A stretch of DNA of 64,000 nucleotides from Amoebophrya sp. A120 (Eukaryota > Protista > Dinoflagellata): the NCBI GenBank assembly GCA_905178155.1, contig CAJINV010000004.1:218969-282968 (forward strand), read 5' to 3'. This document shows positions 32,396 through 44,265 of this stretch, in pieces (the stretch's first letter is position 1; each line of letters starts with the position of its first letter). The notes beneath the pieces were generated by a model. That model saw only the letters and a program-made list of their open reading frames with translations. It made no database searches and was not told the DNA's origin. Position numbers and translations under genes: made by a program.

Positions 32396-33634
32396 TATCG
32401 CGCAAAAAATCAAAAGTAGTACTCCCATACCTATGTTGAATACGCAAAAATAAGTTTGGTCCTTTTTGCACAATGTAGTTGCCTGTCGTGGTGAACATGA
32501 GATCCGGCGCGCGTTGTTCCTTCCCCAAAGGCAATGCTCGTGCCTATGTGATAAGGACTGTACTTTTTTCTGAGGGCGCATGTCGAGTAGGGGTTTCAGA
32601 GGTAGACGCCAGTAGTGTTAGCGAATAGGAGTGAACACGCACCCACGGCATTCTGATTGGACGCCCGCGAGTTTACTTTAACGCGAGTACCCTCAGGCCC
32701 CTGGCCCTTTATCGCTTTTCCCAGCGGAGCAGCCTGGGAGAGTCTGCTGGAACCAGTGGGCAAAAAAAAAGCTGAAGCAACCCTGCGGCTTTTAGTGTTG
32801 CGCATGGTTTCTCGTCATTCTAGGCACAGTGCTATTGAACATCCCAAAAGCCACTCTCTACATGAATTTCCAAAGAGTTTGCGTTTTATAATTTCAGTTC
32901 TAAGTCGTTCACGTTCCGTTCTCTGTGTTGTGCAGCAGTCGCACTACCAGAGTCGAAACATATGCACCAGAGCAACAGGATCACTCGATGGCCGTGGACA
33001 TAATATTAATACTACTACGAGAGAAGCCTTAGGCCCCCAGTCGCTTAGAAGCACCTTGGCCAGGGCCGCGTAGTGGCGCGGCAGAGCTTGGGGGACCCCA
33101 TGAGCAGAAGCGCGGCGCTGTATTTTACTGCGCAGCTTTTACCTATTTCTATTTATAGCATAAGCCTTTGCTACGGTTTGATCCTCGTACTTTCTAAGCG
33201 TCAGCGATTTTTTGGATCTCTGTATGTGCAGTTGTCTTGTCTCCAGAGCACAAATTCAAATACCTGGCCAAAAGAAAAAAATTACGTCGCAGCTCCCAGC
33301 CTGCGTTCCGCTGCGGACCATGGCAAAGCTGCTCGCCACCTTTCGCCTTCTAGTCGCGAACCTGCATCCGTTCCGCCGTGGGCTCTGTGTGATTGTCTGT
33401 CAGCAGTGGCCTCTTTGTCCGAAGCTATTTACGCTAGAGCTGTCTGAATAAGTAGGCGGTAACCTCCCTCCCAGGCTGTTTATTTTAACAGGATAGATGC
33501 CACGTCCTCAGAAACGACTTAACACGAAAAAGCAGTTCGGCCGTTATGGTACTCTGCGCCTCACATACAGATTCAATTTTCAGCGAAGCCAATTGCAATT
33601 TGGCAACGCGAGCTTTTTCCTTTCTTCCATATCT

Positions 33635-36600
33635 ATGCGAGTTGGGTGCTTCTGCTTTTTGTTTTTCTTTCGGATGGCCTTCGTTCAGGGCCACATTCTA
33701 AACAACGACGAGGAGCGTTATGCGCAGCGATTCCTGGCGCAGTCCGAAGCGAGTGCGCGCGATATGGATTTTTGAGATGTTCCAGTCTTTGCTGTATACA
33801 TGATTTGTCATAGTTAGTTGATACTACAAGCAGCAGAAGCAGGACGAACATCAGATGAAGCTGCTTCGCGTGGCGAATTCTCGAAGGGCAAACAGGGTCG
33901 CAAATCTGTGCCGAATTTGTGGCGTGCGGCGTCTGTAATGCAAGAGGCTGGCTCCGTCCTCGCAAATTCTATTTCTAAATCATGTAACAGCTGACAGCGT
34001 AAGACCGCTTGCGAACTCCATATGGGCGGCGCTCAACGTCGGCGGCGAAAACATGCCGCCACGGCCTTACATTGTGCAGTACGGTCTTTTATGCGCTGCA
34101 AATACTTAGGTCTGGGTCTGAAACGGCTGACAAGAAGTAGTGTGCAACTTATGATGCTGCTTAAATAAGGACTCCAAAAAAATCAGCATTGCCTGAGCAG
34201 CAAAACCAAAACAAAGTCCATTCTTGCTATGTGGGTAAGGATTTTATTCCCATGCGGGATAGGCATCAAGAAACACCCAGTAGAAAGTCTGTGATGCTAG
34301 GGCGTAAGTTATAGACGTCATGGGTCGTCATGCAAAATGTTCATGGCGTGCAACTGCAAGCGCCAGCGAGCTTCCAGACCCAGACATGTTCGGACTCGAT
34401 ATCTTTGGGGATCCTGTAAAATATTCTACGACCCCGACCTGGAGTTTCGGAAGATTCCGAAAACTCTCGCCCCGAGGCCCGATAGTGTGGTATGCATTGC
34501 AAATATCGATCTGGGTCTGGAATAAGAGTGCCGGACTTGTCATTCTTGCTTGACATGACTCCAGTACATACAATGATGCATGGGCACGAAAAAAAGATCA
34601 CCCTGCCTGCTATACAAAAGCACACTTTATTGCGAAGAAGAAAAACTAGTACGCATCGCATGGCAGCCGCAGCCAAAAAAATTTCCATGCTAAATAAAAC
34701 ACTTCGCTGCTTAATGCAATTCGCTCCTCATTCACAGTGCACCTCTACAACCTGCGAGATCCAGACATGTTTGCATTTGATACGTGGAGAAGGTTTACCA
34801 AATCGGCGGCGAGCCGGACAATGCCGAGGCGGACAAGGAGTGCGGTATCATGAGGAAAAATCCACCCTCCCCAAATTAAAATCGCACGAGCAAGCCCATC
34901 TGTGTTGGTGATTTGTGTCATCTGCAAGTGCCTCCGATTTGCATACTGGGAAAGTAGCAAGTAGAGCAGAAGATGAAAGCCCTGGGCCGATTAGCTGTAG
35001 TGTTACGCTTTTGCAACCTAGAGCAGCAAGCTCTATCGTACTGAAGGGGTGCTAGCCTTCGGGAAACTTATACAGGCCTAGCACACGATGCGACCTCCAG
35101 TGGCGTGCTGCAAGGCAAAGTTGATCCGTGTAGACGAGAGGTCGCGAATTACAATTCCCTGTTGAGTATTCGGAGGGAGGATGTATGGGAGTGCCAGGAT
35201 CGAAATCTTCAAAGTTGAAATAGCTTGTTATGCATAAAACCGATACCATTACCATTCAGAAGCCCACATATCAAGTGGCGCGTGACAAATTTTCCGAGCA
35301 CCGGATTCCAACTTGTCATCCTGTTTGGGGACAGAAGACTGCTTGCGTCGTGCTACTTTAGCAGCTCTATTTCAAACCCTAAACAGGCTCACAATCGGCC
35401 TCGCTTGCCATCCCGGCAAGACAACCGCTTCATGCCTTGCATTTTATACATGACAAATCATTTTTTCAACTTTGTCGATTTCAAACCTGACGCTTCCATA
35501 GGATGGTCCCTCATGATATGCGCACTGCAGTGCTTTCGCGAGCCGGCGTGCAACGCGTACGCGCGACCCATTCGCGACACTACGTGCTGCGTATTATTTA
35601 TCAGAGTGTCACCAGGTTCGAAGTTGACAGAGTTGAAATAATTTGCGACGCATAGACTGGCATGCATCCCCTGCCATGCAGCGAGGACGAAATTTAGTGC
35701 CGATTGTAAGCCTGCTCAGACGAGAAGTTATTTGTAAAGATAATCGGGCAGCATATCGCCCAATTCCAGTTTTCCCCAATTAGCATGACGAATTGGAATG
35801 TTTCGGCACTGCCGAAATTGGGCATGTGGCGCTCAGAACTTGAAGGCTCGACAGCTGTGGGAGATTCAAAAATATCAATATGCATTTGCAAGTTATTTTT
35901 TAACTTTGTCGACTTCGGGCATGACGCTTCCAGACTCTTCGAACTTGCCGACTACGATCCCCGTGGTATCCACTGCAAACATGTCCTCTAGATTTGGAAA
36001 AGTGGAGGCGTTCTTGCTTGTCGTTCATTTCTGTACAAATATAGTCTGTATTTTTGCATCATGACCACCAGCAAGAAAAGCGCGGCGGCGGCCGCTCTTG
36101 TCATGCATTAAAAGCGCAGCTTCTGGTGCCTCTGGTACACATACGCACTGCGCATGAGGAAGTGTCCGAAGAAATTGTCATGCTTGGGGACTGCGCTTCG
36201 CATATATGTTCAATCGTCTTCGTCACCACTCAGAGTCAAAAGTTTCCGATCCCAACATGCTTGCAATGTATACGTGGGCGGGAGGTGCAAGAGTTCGGCA
36301 CCGACCATGAGCACCCGGATAAACAGACGCTGGATAAGGATTTTGTGGACCCGGATGGCTTTGAATATGACGACAACTTGGATCGTACCAGTGGCCCCTT
36401 TGCACTCGCGAACCGAGAGGTGGTGGATGGCGCGCGCTTTACGGCGCGCCTTTTTAAACTTGGCTACGAAGACCTAGGGGCAGCGGAAATGCAGCCGCTG
36501 GACGAAACCACGGGCGTGGTAAAGCATCGCGACCCCGGAGGGCAGCTCTACGACTGGGAGCAAAAATACACTGGCAGGCCCGACGTTGGCTGCGTCCGAC

Positions 36601-38780
36601 TCGAGAACACAGACCTCAGACCAAGCCCAAATCACCGAAGGTATGGAAGCGTCAGGCCCGGAATCGACAAAAACAAAGCTGAAGGAACTTTCGCCGCAGA
36701 AAACCCCTGCTAGCTGCAGCCCGAGTGTCTACCTAGGCGGAGCACCACCTATATCCCGCCTGTCATGCTGTTCGGGCAATAAAGAAGCTATGCGTTCTGT
36801 TGTCGTGCTCCTTTAGTAGCTCTATGTCTACCCCCGACTGACATGTCTACAGTGGGCCGCATTTTCCTGTTCCGCAAAGCAGGCGCTTTGTGCTTTGCAA
36901 TTATTCCAGATTGCAGATCACTACAAAGGGCCACAATCGTTCCTTACCTCCAGGGAGGGGGGGCGCGGGGGCCTCGCTTGCCATCTCGTTTGATCTTGCG
37001 AAGATAAAACAGCTCCGAAAAAATAGTGTATAGCTGTCTGCCTGCCCTGCGCTTCATTACGACTGAAGTTCGTTGCCACTGCACTTCGTTCGTCCCTATT
37101 GTCTGCCATGGAGCTAGATCGCAAACTAGTACGCGAATTGCCTTCCCTGTGTTCCCACGCACATTGACGTCTCTGCCCTTTCGTCTTTTTCTTGTCGGTT
37201 GGCTTATCTCTGGAATACTTTTAGCGCTACGAGGCGGCCCCCGCGGGTTTTGCAGGGGCAGGCGTTTTTTGCTTTTTCCCGGCCAAGCGGCTGGCCGAAG
37301 CGGCTGGGCCAGCAGGAGTTTTGCAACTCTTGCGAGCCCCGGCGTTTTTTTTCCTACTTTCCGAGCCAGCCCCCGCGCTTACCGGCTGAAGGGCCGCACC
37401 CAGAAGCCCCCAGCTGTTTACTAACGTTAGGCGGATGCAGTGGCGGTTTTGGTCGGGCCACGCCCTAGAACCCCACGCACTCACCACGCGCAACTGGCCA
37501 CGTTCTGGCGGCATAGAACGCACGGGGCTCACGCGATTCAAGTGGCTGCGCCCGGCTTTTCAAGCCGGACCGCTATGATCTTCGCTTCGCACCGCACCGC
37601 ATTCCAAGCACTGTGATCGAGGTGGTGCGTGCGCGTTTCGTACTCGCAAACAAAAAAAGCTGACAGCCGCACACAGCAAGCCTCAGGCTATCTCTTTGTC
37701 GTTCAAGCATGCGCCCCGTGGTGCCGCACGCCTCCAGCTCGTCAGTCTAGTCTTTTATCTGTTATCTCGCGTTTTCTTCGGTCGCGCATGTCCAGTGGCG
37801 TCCGTAGCCCGTCCAGCCCCACGAGCTTTGCGCTCGACTCTGCAGCATGCACCCGCGCAAGAACACCTGTCACGCTTATACGGGCCGCCCCGCTTGCCAG
37901 CATCAGCATGCAAGCAGGCGCGCCCTAGATTCGGAGTGCGGAGCCCTCCCCAAGCGAAAGAAATACCCAACGCGCGGTTAGTGTAGATCCAGGGCGTACC
38001 TGTTGCGCCGCAAGTCAACCATAGAGCAGCTGCGTCGATTTCGCGCCCGGCATTGCCATAGAAGGAGAGACGTCAGCAGGCGCCGGCATCACAACGAGAT
38101 GAAACACCTATCCTGTGCAAATGTACTACGCATTATCGTGCCTGTTGTGCAATGTGGCGCAACCCCTAGAAGCATGCGACGGATTTTACCCTCGCGGGGC
38201 GAGTTTGCTCCTCCGGGTACACCGTTAGAACTGTTGCCGAGTTTATTTTTGGCCTACCTTTGCGCTGATTCCTACTACGCGCGCCACTGTTTCGTCAGAG
38301 ATTCTGCCCGTCCTTTGTTGCCTGCACGGCAGGAGCGCCCAGCCTTGTCCCTTCCGACGTAGGGGGCCACCGTGTGTAGGCCATGCTCATGCATCGCCCA
38401 GATTACAGTCCAGGTCTTGGCTTCATCCATTTGCGTAGAATTTTGCAAAGGGCTGAGCTTGTATATGTTACGCCTGGCGCCGCATTGGTCTGCGGTATAT
38501 CATATTGCGATACTTTTGCAATGCATAGCACCGCAAGGCCTACAGCGATCTTCTTGAAGATGGGAAAGACATGAAGAGTTGGGTAGTCGCCTCGATCCAG
38601 TCTGCTGACGCAGTGTGGTGGGGACAAGAGGAAGTGTCGGAAGAGTCAATAGAAAACGCAGCGGCACCAGATGGCGACCAGGAAGAGTCAATAGAAAGCG
38701 CATGGAAAAGCACACCCGCACCAACTACGCAAAACATTTGCCACACGCCCAAGAAAACGACGCGAAACGAAACAAGCTGA
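33635..38780 (+). CDS. Multi-exon gene A: secreted PAN/Apple-like protein
   Basis: Signal-peptide-like start MRVGCFCFLFFFRMAFVQG. Exons 33635-33762, 34028-34089, 34407-34490, 34788-34845, (unresolved)-35183, 35506-35598, 35940-35966, 36278-36641, 38066-38108, 38533-38780. PAN-like CALQCFREPACNAYA..TTCCVLF. The junction at 34846-35183 is unresolved. Confidence 0.72.
33763..34022. mobile_element. IR introner (family-2-like, degenerate)
   Basis: TATggatt ... actccATA; frame restored (SAR|EALNVGG). Confidence 0.6.
34090..34401. mobile_element. IR introner, family 1
   Basis: Perfect DR tcttt; gtctgggtctg / cagacccagac arms. Confidence 0.88.
34491..34782. mobile_element. IR introner, family 1
   Basis: DR tgtgg/cgtgg; TATgcattgcaaatatcgatctgggtctgg ... 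ccagacatgtttgcatttgATA. Confidence 0.88.
35184..35500. mobile_element. IR introner, family 2
   Basis: Perfect DR ggatg; interior is a reverse-complement homologue of 56763-57077. Confidence 0.9.
35599..35934. mobile_element. IR introner, family 2
   Basis: TATcagagtgtcaccaggttcgaagttgacagagttg ... aactttgtcgacttcgggcatgacgcttccAGA. Confidence 0.8.
35967..36272. mobile_element. IR introner, family 1
   Basis: Perfect DR cgtgg; TATccactgcaaacatg ... catgcttgcaatgtATA. Confidence 0.88.
36642..38060. mobile_element. IR introner, family 2, expanded to 1.4 kb
   Basis: Perfect DR gaagg; TATggaagcgtcaggcccggaatcgac ... gtcgatttcgcgcccggcattgccATA. Confidence 0.85.
38109..38527. mobile_element. IR introner, family 4
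   Basis: DR acacc/gcacc; TATcctgtgcaaa ... tacttttgcaatgcATA. Confidence 0.85.
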
Positions 38781-41700
38781 CGCCAATGAGCGCCGGCAAA
38801 GGTGGGGCTTGGGGGCAGCGAGTAGAAGACCACAGAGCCGCCGGCGAGGTCGCTGAGCCTCCATACAAGCGCCGCCCATGCGGATGGATAGCTTCTGTGT
38901 AGTACTCCCACCTGAAAGCGCCAGCTGCGCCCTTTTGAGAATCCCCGCGCCGGGGCTTTTGCACTTGCAGGAGGGAGATCAGTAGAGAGCCCGAGACGAA
39001 ACACGGAGTAGAGCGGGGCGCCTTAATGCAGAGCGAAGGCGGCAGACGTGCCTTCTTTGCACCATCGCCACGATGAAGGCCGCTGCTGCCCCGAGCCTAT
39101 CCGCCCCGGGCATTATCCTGGCCCCGCTAGAGCGAAGATGGAGCCGGCGCCCACCGGCCTCACCAGAAGGCTTTGCGATGTCGTTCTCCGCGCGCGCCGT
39201 GTTTGCTTCGGTGGCCCATCCTGCGTCTAATCGTCACACGAAGCCCACCAACGGGCCTCCCTGTTAGAAGAGTGGGCGGAGCCGAGCCGCGTGCGGGCGT
39301 AGATAGGCCCCGCGTGTCAATCCTCCCGCCCGCCTGTGTAGGTGGAGCCCCTCTCGCATTCCTAACGGGGGGCGCCGCCACGTGCAGGCAACTGGGCGGG
39401 GCTCTCATGGTGGGGCAAATACTCCCCTGCCACTTGCGACGCAGCTATTATTTAGCGAGGGCGCCCAGAGCTATGGGTCTCATTTTGCCCAATTTATTTG
39501 AAGACGCCGCCAGGCCGGCCACCAAAGTCGCTGCTTCGCTTAACAAAAAAAAAACCAACAAACCGAAACGCCGCCAAAAGCAGCAAGCCCATCGATCCGC
39601 ATGCAATTGGCCCGACCTGGGGCGCCCAGCCAAGGGGTGGAGCCTGCCGGAGGCCCGAGCCGAGCGGGGCCACGGCATGCGGGGAGCAGGGTTTCGGGTT
39701 TTAAAGACAGGAAGACGCTGGCGCCGTGATATGTGCCGCCCCGCCCCAACGCCATGTGGGGCAGCGTTATGCGCACGGCGCGCTACTTGAAGAAAATAGC
39801 CTGGCCCTTTTGCTATCGGGAATGCGCGCAGGCACTGCAGTAAAATGGGGCCGGGCAGTCAAGAAAGCCGCTGGGACCCCACTACCCCCGCCGACGCGGC
39901 TACTACTGGCACCAGGCGGGCAACGGCAACCATTGGCAGGGCCGGCCTAAAAGTCTGTGGAATAGCCATCACAGCCACACAGCCTCCCGCCCTCCTCGGT
40001 ATTCGAGGCGTCAGGCCTCGCGTTGTAGCACGACCGAGGGAGCAGGGCAGGGGGCCGCCTGTGGAGCAGCCGCCCGCGGCCTTTCCCGCTTCCGGCAACC
40101 GGGGGCAATGTAGCACGCCATTGCCGCCCCCGCATGCCAGGGCAGGCGAGCGCAGTCGCGCCGCGGGATGGGGGGCTGGATGGTTATTTGACATCTTGGC
40201 GGCTTTCTTGTTCGCTCTGCGTGGAGTGTGCGGACCACTGGGCCCTTTCTGCTTTGTGTTTCGAGGATGGAGACCCCGGCCCGCTTGGCGCAGCTGCGAA
40301 CGCACGCGGGCCCGTCTGCTAGGCCTATTGCGCTATAATTTTTCCGAACAGTTCTGCAATTAGTCCGGACAGCGTAGTGTGAGCACGGTACAGGGCTGCC
40401 CGCGCGGCTGATAGACGGCGCGCCCGTATGGAGAGCACAACGCGCCGCCCAAATATCAAAGAGCCTGCGCACCGGCCGCGAGCAGCTGCAAGCGCGGCAA
40501 GCTGGATGCGGGTGGGCGGTGGCTTTGCTATCTAACGAAACTGGGCACCGCGCGGCGCATCTACTATGGTCCGCGCCTTGTGTCGGTTGGGCCTGTCCCG
40601 CCCGGCGTTGCGTTTAGGTTAGATCAGTGCAGGTCAGTGCCCTGGCTTGTCGTTCCCCTGCCCAGGCGGGCGCTTGTGTGGCGGAGTTGTCTGTCATTTT
40701 GCCAGGCGCAGGCCTTCGCGACGGCGAAGAAGTTTCCACGTCCGCCATGAGGCGCGGATCTGGTTGCACACACAGGCGAGACAGGCAGCCTGGTATGGGT
40801 TTCGGGCAGCGGGCAACCAAGCGCAAGAAGAAAACGCGGCTGCGCGATGGAGGGAGGGCTTCGCTGCCTGATGGGCGGGGGCGAGCGGTCTGTCGCCAGG
40901 GCCGGCGCCGTGGTGCGTGTTTCTGTCTGACGAGGCTGAGGTGGTAGGCAACAAACTAAAACTTGTGCGCCCAGATGCCCATACGCAGGCCCTACGGCAG
41001 AGCGGGAAGCAAAGCGAGGCAGGCGCGCCGCGTGCGACTCCGCTAGAGCTGAGGCGTGGCGCGTCCATGCGCGGCCCGATAGGCAAAGCGCGCAGGCGTT
41101 GAGCCCGTTCCCGCCCCAGAGGCACGATGGGCAAGCCCTTCAGGAGCCGGCCGCGCGAGGTGCAAGCAAGCACGCAGGACCCCCCGCATCGTGTCGGCGA
41201 GCGAGTTCCGCCATGGTTGCTTGGCCGATTGGCTCCCCCGCTGCCTCCTGCGGTTCATCGCGGCGGAGGTGCCGCCCGACCGCTTCTTTTTTGCGCGCCC
41301 GGGGATAGTTTCGGGGCGCGCCACGGGCATGCGCGTGGCCCTACAAGATTGCTTTTATCCGGGGCGTTCTGCGCCGCAGGGTCCGCCCCTTGTCCGCCAA
41401 TGCATACACGCACCAAAGGCGACAGCGCTAGTGGGGGGAGGGGCAGCGGGCAAGCGACCGCGCCATCGTCGTCATTATCTGCAGGCGGCCGCCGCCTTTC
41501 ACAGCGCGGGCGCGCACTAAGTAAGTGGAAGCGCCCCCCCCAGTTCTCGCGGGCGCCCTGCTTTTCGCAGGCAAGCGGCAGCGGCAGGGCTCGTGGTTCG
41601 GGAGGGGTCCCGCGGCCGGAAAAAAGGCCATGGGGTGCTGCCTATGTGGGGCTTAATGAAGCCGGGAGAGCCAGCGCGCCCGATTTTTGTGTCTGATTGC

Positions 41701-43729
41701 TTGGGCAAAGAGGCGCTTTTCCCTGTGCTTAACTCTTAAACAAATTGCAGCGCAACTACCTGCGTAGGTGGTCCGGGTGCTTCTTGCTCTTTGATGAAGG
41801 GTTGGACATGAATGGACAAAGTGACACAGGTCAGCCAGGTGCTTTGCAATGAGAACGCGGCCGAGTCTGGAAAGCGACAGGGCTGGCTTCCGTTTCCATG
41901 GCGTTTGGGCAGCTTTGCTTTAGTAGGAGGCCGCTTCTGATGGTGATGCTTTGCGCCCGGCCACTGTTTGCTTTTTAGAGGAGGAGGGCAAAGGAGCCCC
42001 TTGCTATGGTAGCATCTTGGCCGCTGGCGCTTTTGACTCATGGGGGGAGCAAATACGCTTGAGAGAAAAGCGGAACGCGCCGCGTCTTGCGTAGCGTTTG
42101 TTAGAAAGCGACGCCGTTGCGGCCCCAGCCGGCCAACCGACACCCATGGGAGTATGCGCGAAATGGGCGCGGCGCGTCTTTGATGTCAGGCGGGACCCGG
42201 CGCATCCTGGGCGGCGGTTATTCTGAGGAAATGAGCGTAGTTGCCTGCGGGCGCAGGCGACTTCGTTCGGGGTGGGGGTTGCTTGGCTTCTTGTAGATTC
42301 CACGAGAGAGGAGCGGGCGTGGCCCCCGTCCCTTCTTATTTGCCAGCATTCCAAGGCGCCCGGCGTTTTTCTATGAGAGTGACGAAGCGGCCCAATTGTT
42401 GCCGAGCCAAAAGCCTTCTACTTCGATCGCTTCTATTAAGGAGCCAGCGCAAAAAGTGTCGCCAAAACGCCCCGGCGGCATCGGGTTTCAGCAGGCTGCG
42501 GCGACGGCGGTGCGAGAGCATCCCTCTAAGGCAAGTAAGTAGCTTGGCCCGGCCTTGAACTAGCTGCGCCACCCAGTTTTGGTTTTGCCATAAATAAACG
42601 CGACACCAAATCAAGAACAAGGAGGAGGCTGCGGCCGGATCGCGGTGCTTGCCCCTCAGATGAAGACCGCGCCGATACTGCTGAGGGGCCCCCTTGTGAG
42701 GCCCCTAGACAAGTTGGCGGCGGTCGCCCTTCGCTTCCTTTAGTTTTTATTTTCGCCGCGGCTTGTCTTTGTCATGTGGATGCCTTCTGATGCAAGATCT
42801 GCGACGACCCTTCGGCGCCTTTCTTATTTAGTTCAAGGCGAGGCCAGCCCTTTTCCTGTACCTATTTGCCTGCGTACCTTTTGCGCGAACGCCGTTCGTA
42901 ACCCGACACGTGTGAAATGAAAACGGCCAACAAAATCAAAATCAGCAGCCTACTGCGGGGGCTAGATGGAAAAGGACCAAGCGCGTCGAGGTTTTTTGAA
43001 TCGGCAGCAGCTACGCCCCTTCTCCGGTCTCGTGTTTTGTTTCTCTAACTCGGGTTGCGTAGGGTTAAGGTGCTTCCGGGCTTGCAGGGTTGTTCCGGCT
43101 CTTGCCCATTGCAATCCGGCCTGCGCGCCCCCTCTGGGGGCGGCCGGTGGCCTCTATCTTCCGTAAAGGGTCAGCCGTCTTGCCAGTTCGAGGCCCCTTG
43201 CTGATTACCCAGTCAAGGGAGAAGCCCGGGCTCGCCTCCGCGCCGCCTCCCCCGGCCTGCGCTGCTTTTTGCAATTTCTGGGGCCTGCAGCAAGCCTTGA
43301 AACGCCTACCGGCTCGGCTGCGCCTCCGCTCCGAAGCAGAAAAAACCAAAAAAGCAGAGGGCTGCGCCCGTTGGCTTCCGGTGTTGTTGTTGCAGCTGGG
43401 GGCGTTGTAGATGGTCGCAGCGGTTATAAGGGAATGACAAAGCGCGCCGAGGTGTCAGCTCTTTGTATCTTTCTAGCCATTCCCCATCTGCCGACATGCG
43501 ATAAGATAGCGACGCAGGCCGGTCCGCCTGATGATCTTCGTACAAGAAACCGCACCCCTGTGGCAATGTGCAAAACGCCCAAGACGTTCGGACCGTGGCC
43601 ATTTTGGCGCAAGTGTAAACGGGTGGCCCCACTCGGATACCCAAGAAGGAAGAACCGCCCCGACCGGGTCGCCCTCCTACTTTGATGCGCTCGGGACTTA
43701 CACCACCCAGAACGCACGTCGAAGAGATA

Positions 43730-44265
43730 GGCAGGACGTTGCTCGTCTTCAAATAAAAGCGCACGGCCTGCCTTGTTTCCGATACAAAACCGGCCGGCTG
43801 TGTTTATTATTTTGCCCAGACTCCTCAAGCGCGCGGGGCCAAATTGTCAAGCGCGCAGGGCCGATCTCCCGCGTGCGCAAGGTAGAGCTTCCAAGCATGC
43901 AAGGAGGGACGCTCGCGCATTCTGCTCGGGAGGTCACCAATGGGGTCGTGATCGAGAGCAAGAAGAAAAGAGCACAAAGCGCAAAAAACCGATGGCGCAG
44001 GGGGGCGCTGCCGTTGGGATTCTCCGCGCCGACTTCTTGGGGTCGTTGAGATTCTCGGCAGCAATGGCGTAACTCTTGCCCACGGTCAAGCTCGCAAGGA
44101 TTTGGAGGCTGCGCTTCCTGGGATTCAGGCGTAAGGCGCTCGAGAATCGGCCCTACGCGCTTGGGAATTCGACAGCAGGCGCTTGAGAATTCTGGGCAAG
44201 TTAATGAAGTGCGTCGGAAATGGGGTCGGCCGTGCGTTTTTGTATAGGCCAGCAGCGTCTTTGTT
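43730..44265. repeat. Degenerate long inverted repeat (arms ~43730-43880 and ~44135-44265)
   Basis: ttgcccagactcctcaagcgc..caagcgcgcagggccgat vs atcggccctacgcgcttg..gcgcttgagaattctgggcaa. Confidence 0.7.

Noticed and set aside
40840-40950. CRQG resembling the LINE RT G.xQG motif
   Set aside because: No other RT motifs (e.g. YADD) in frame; too weak.
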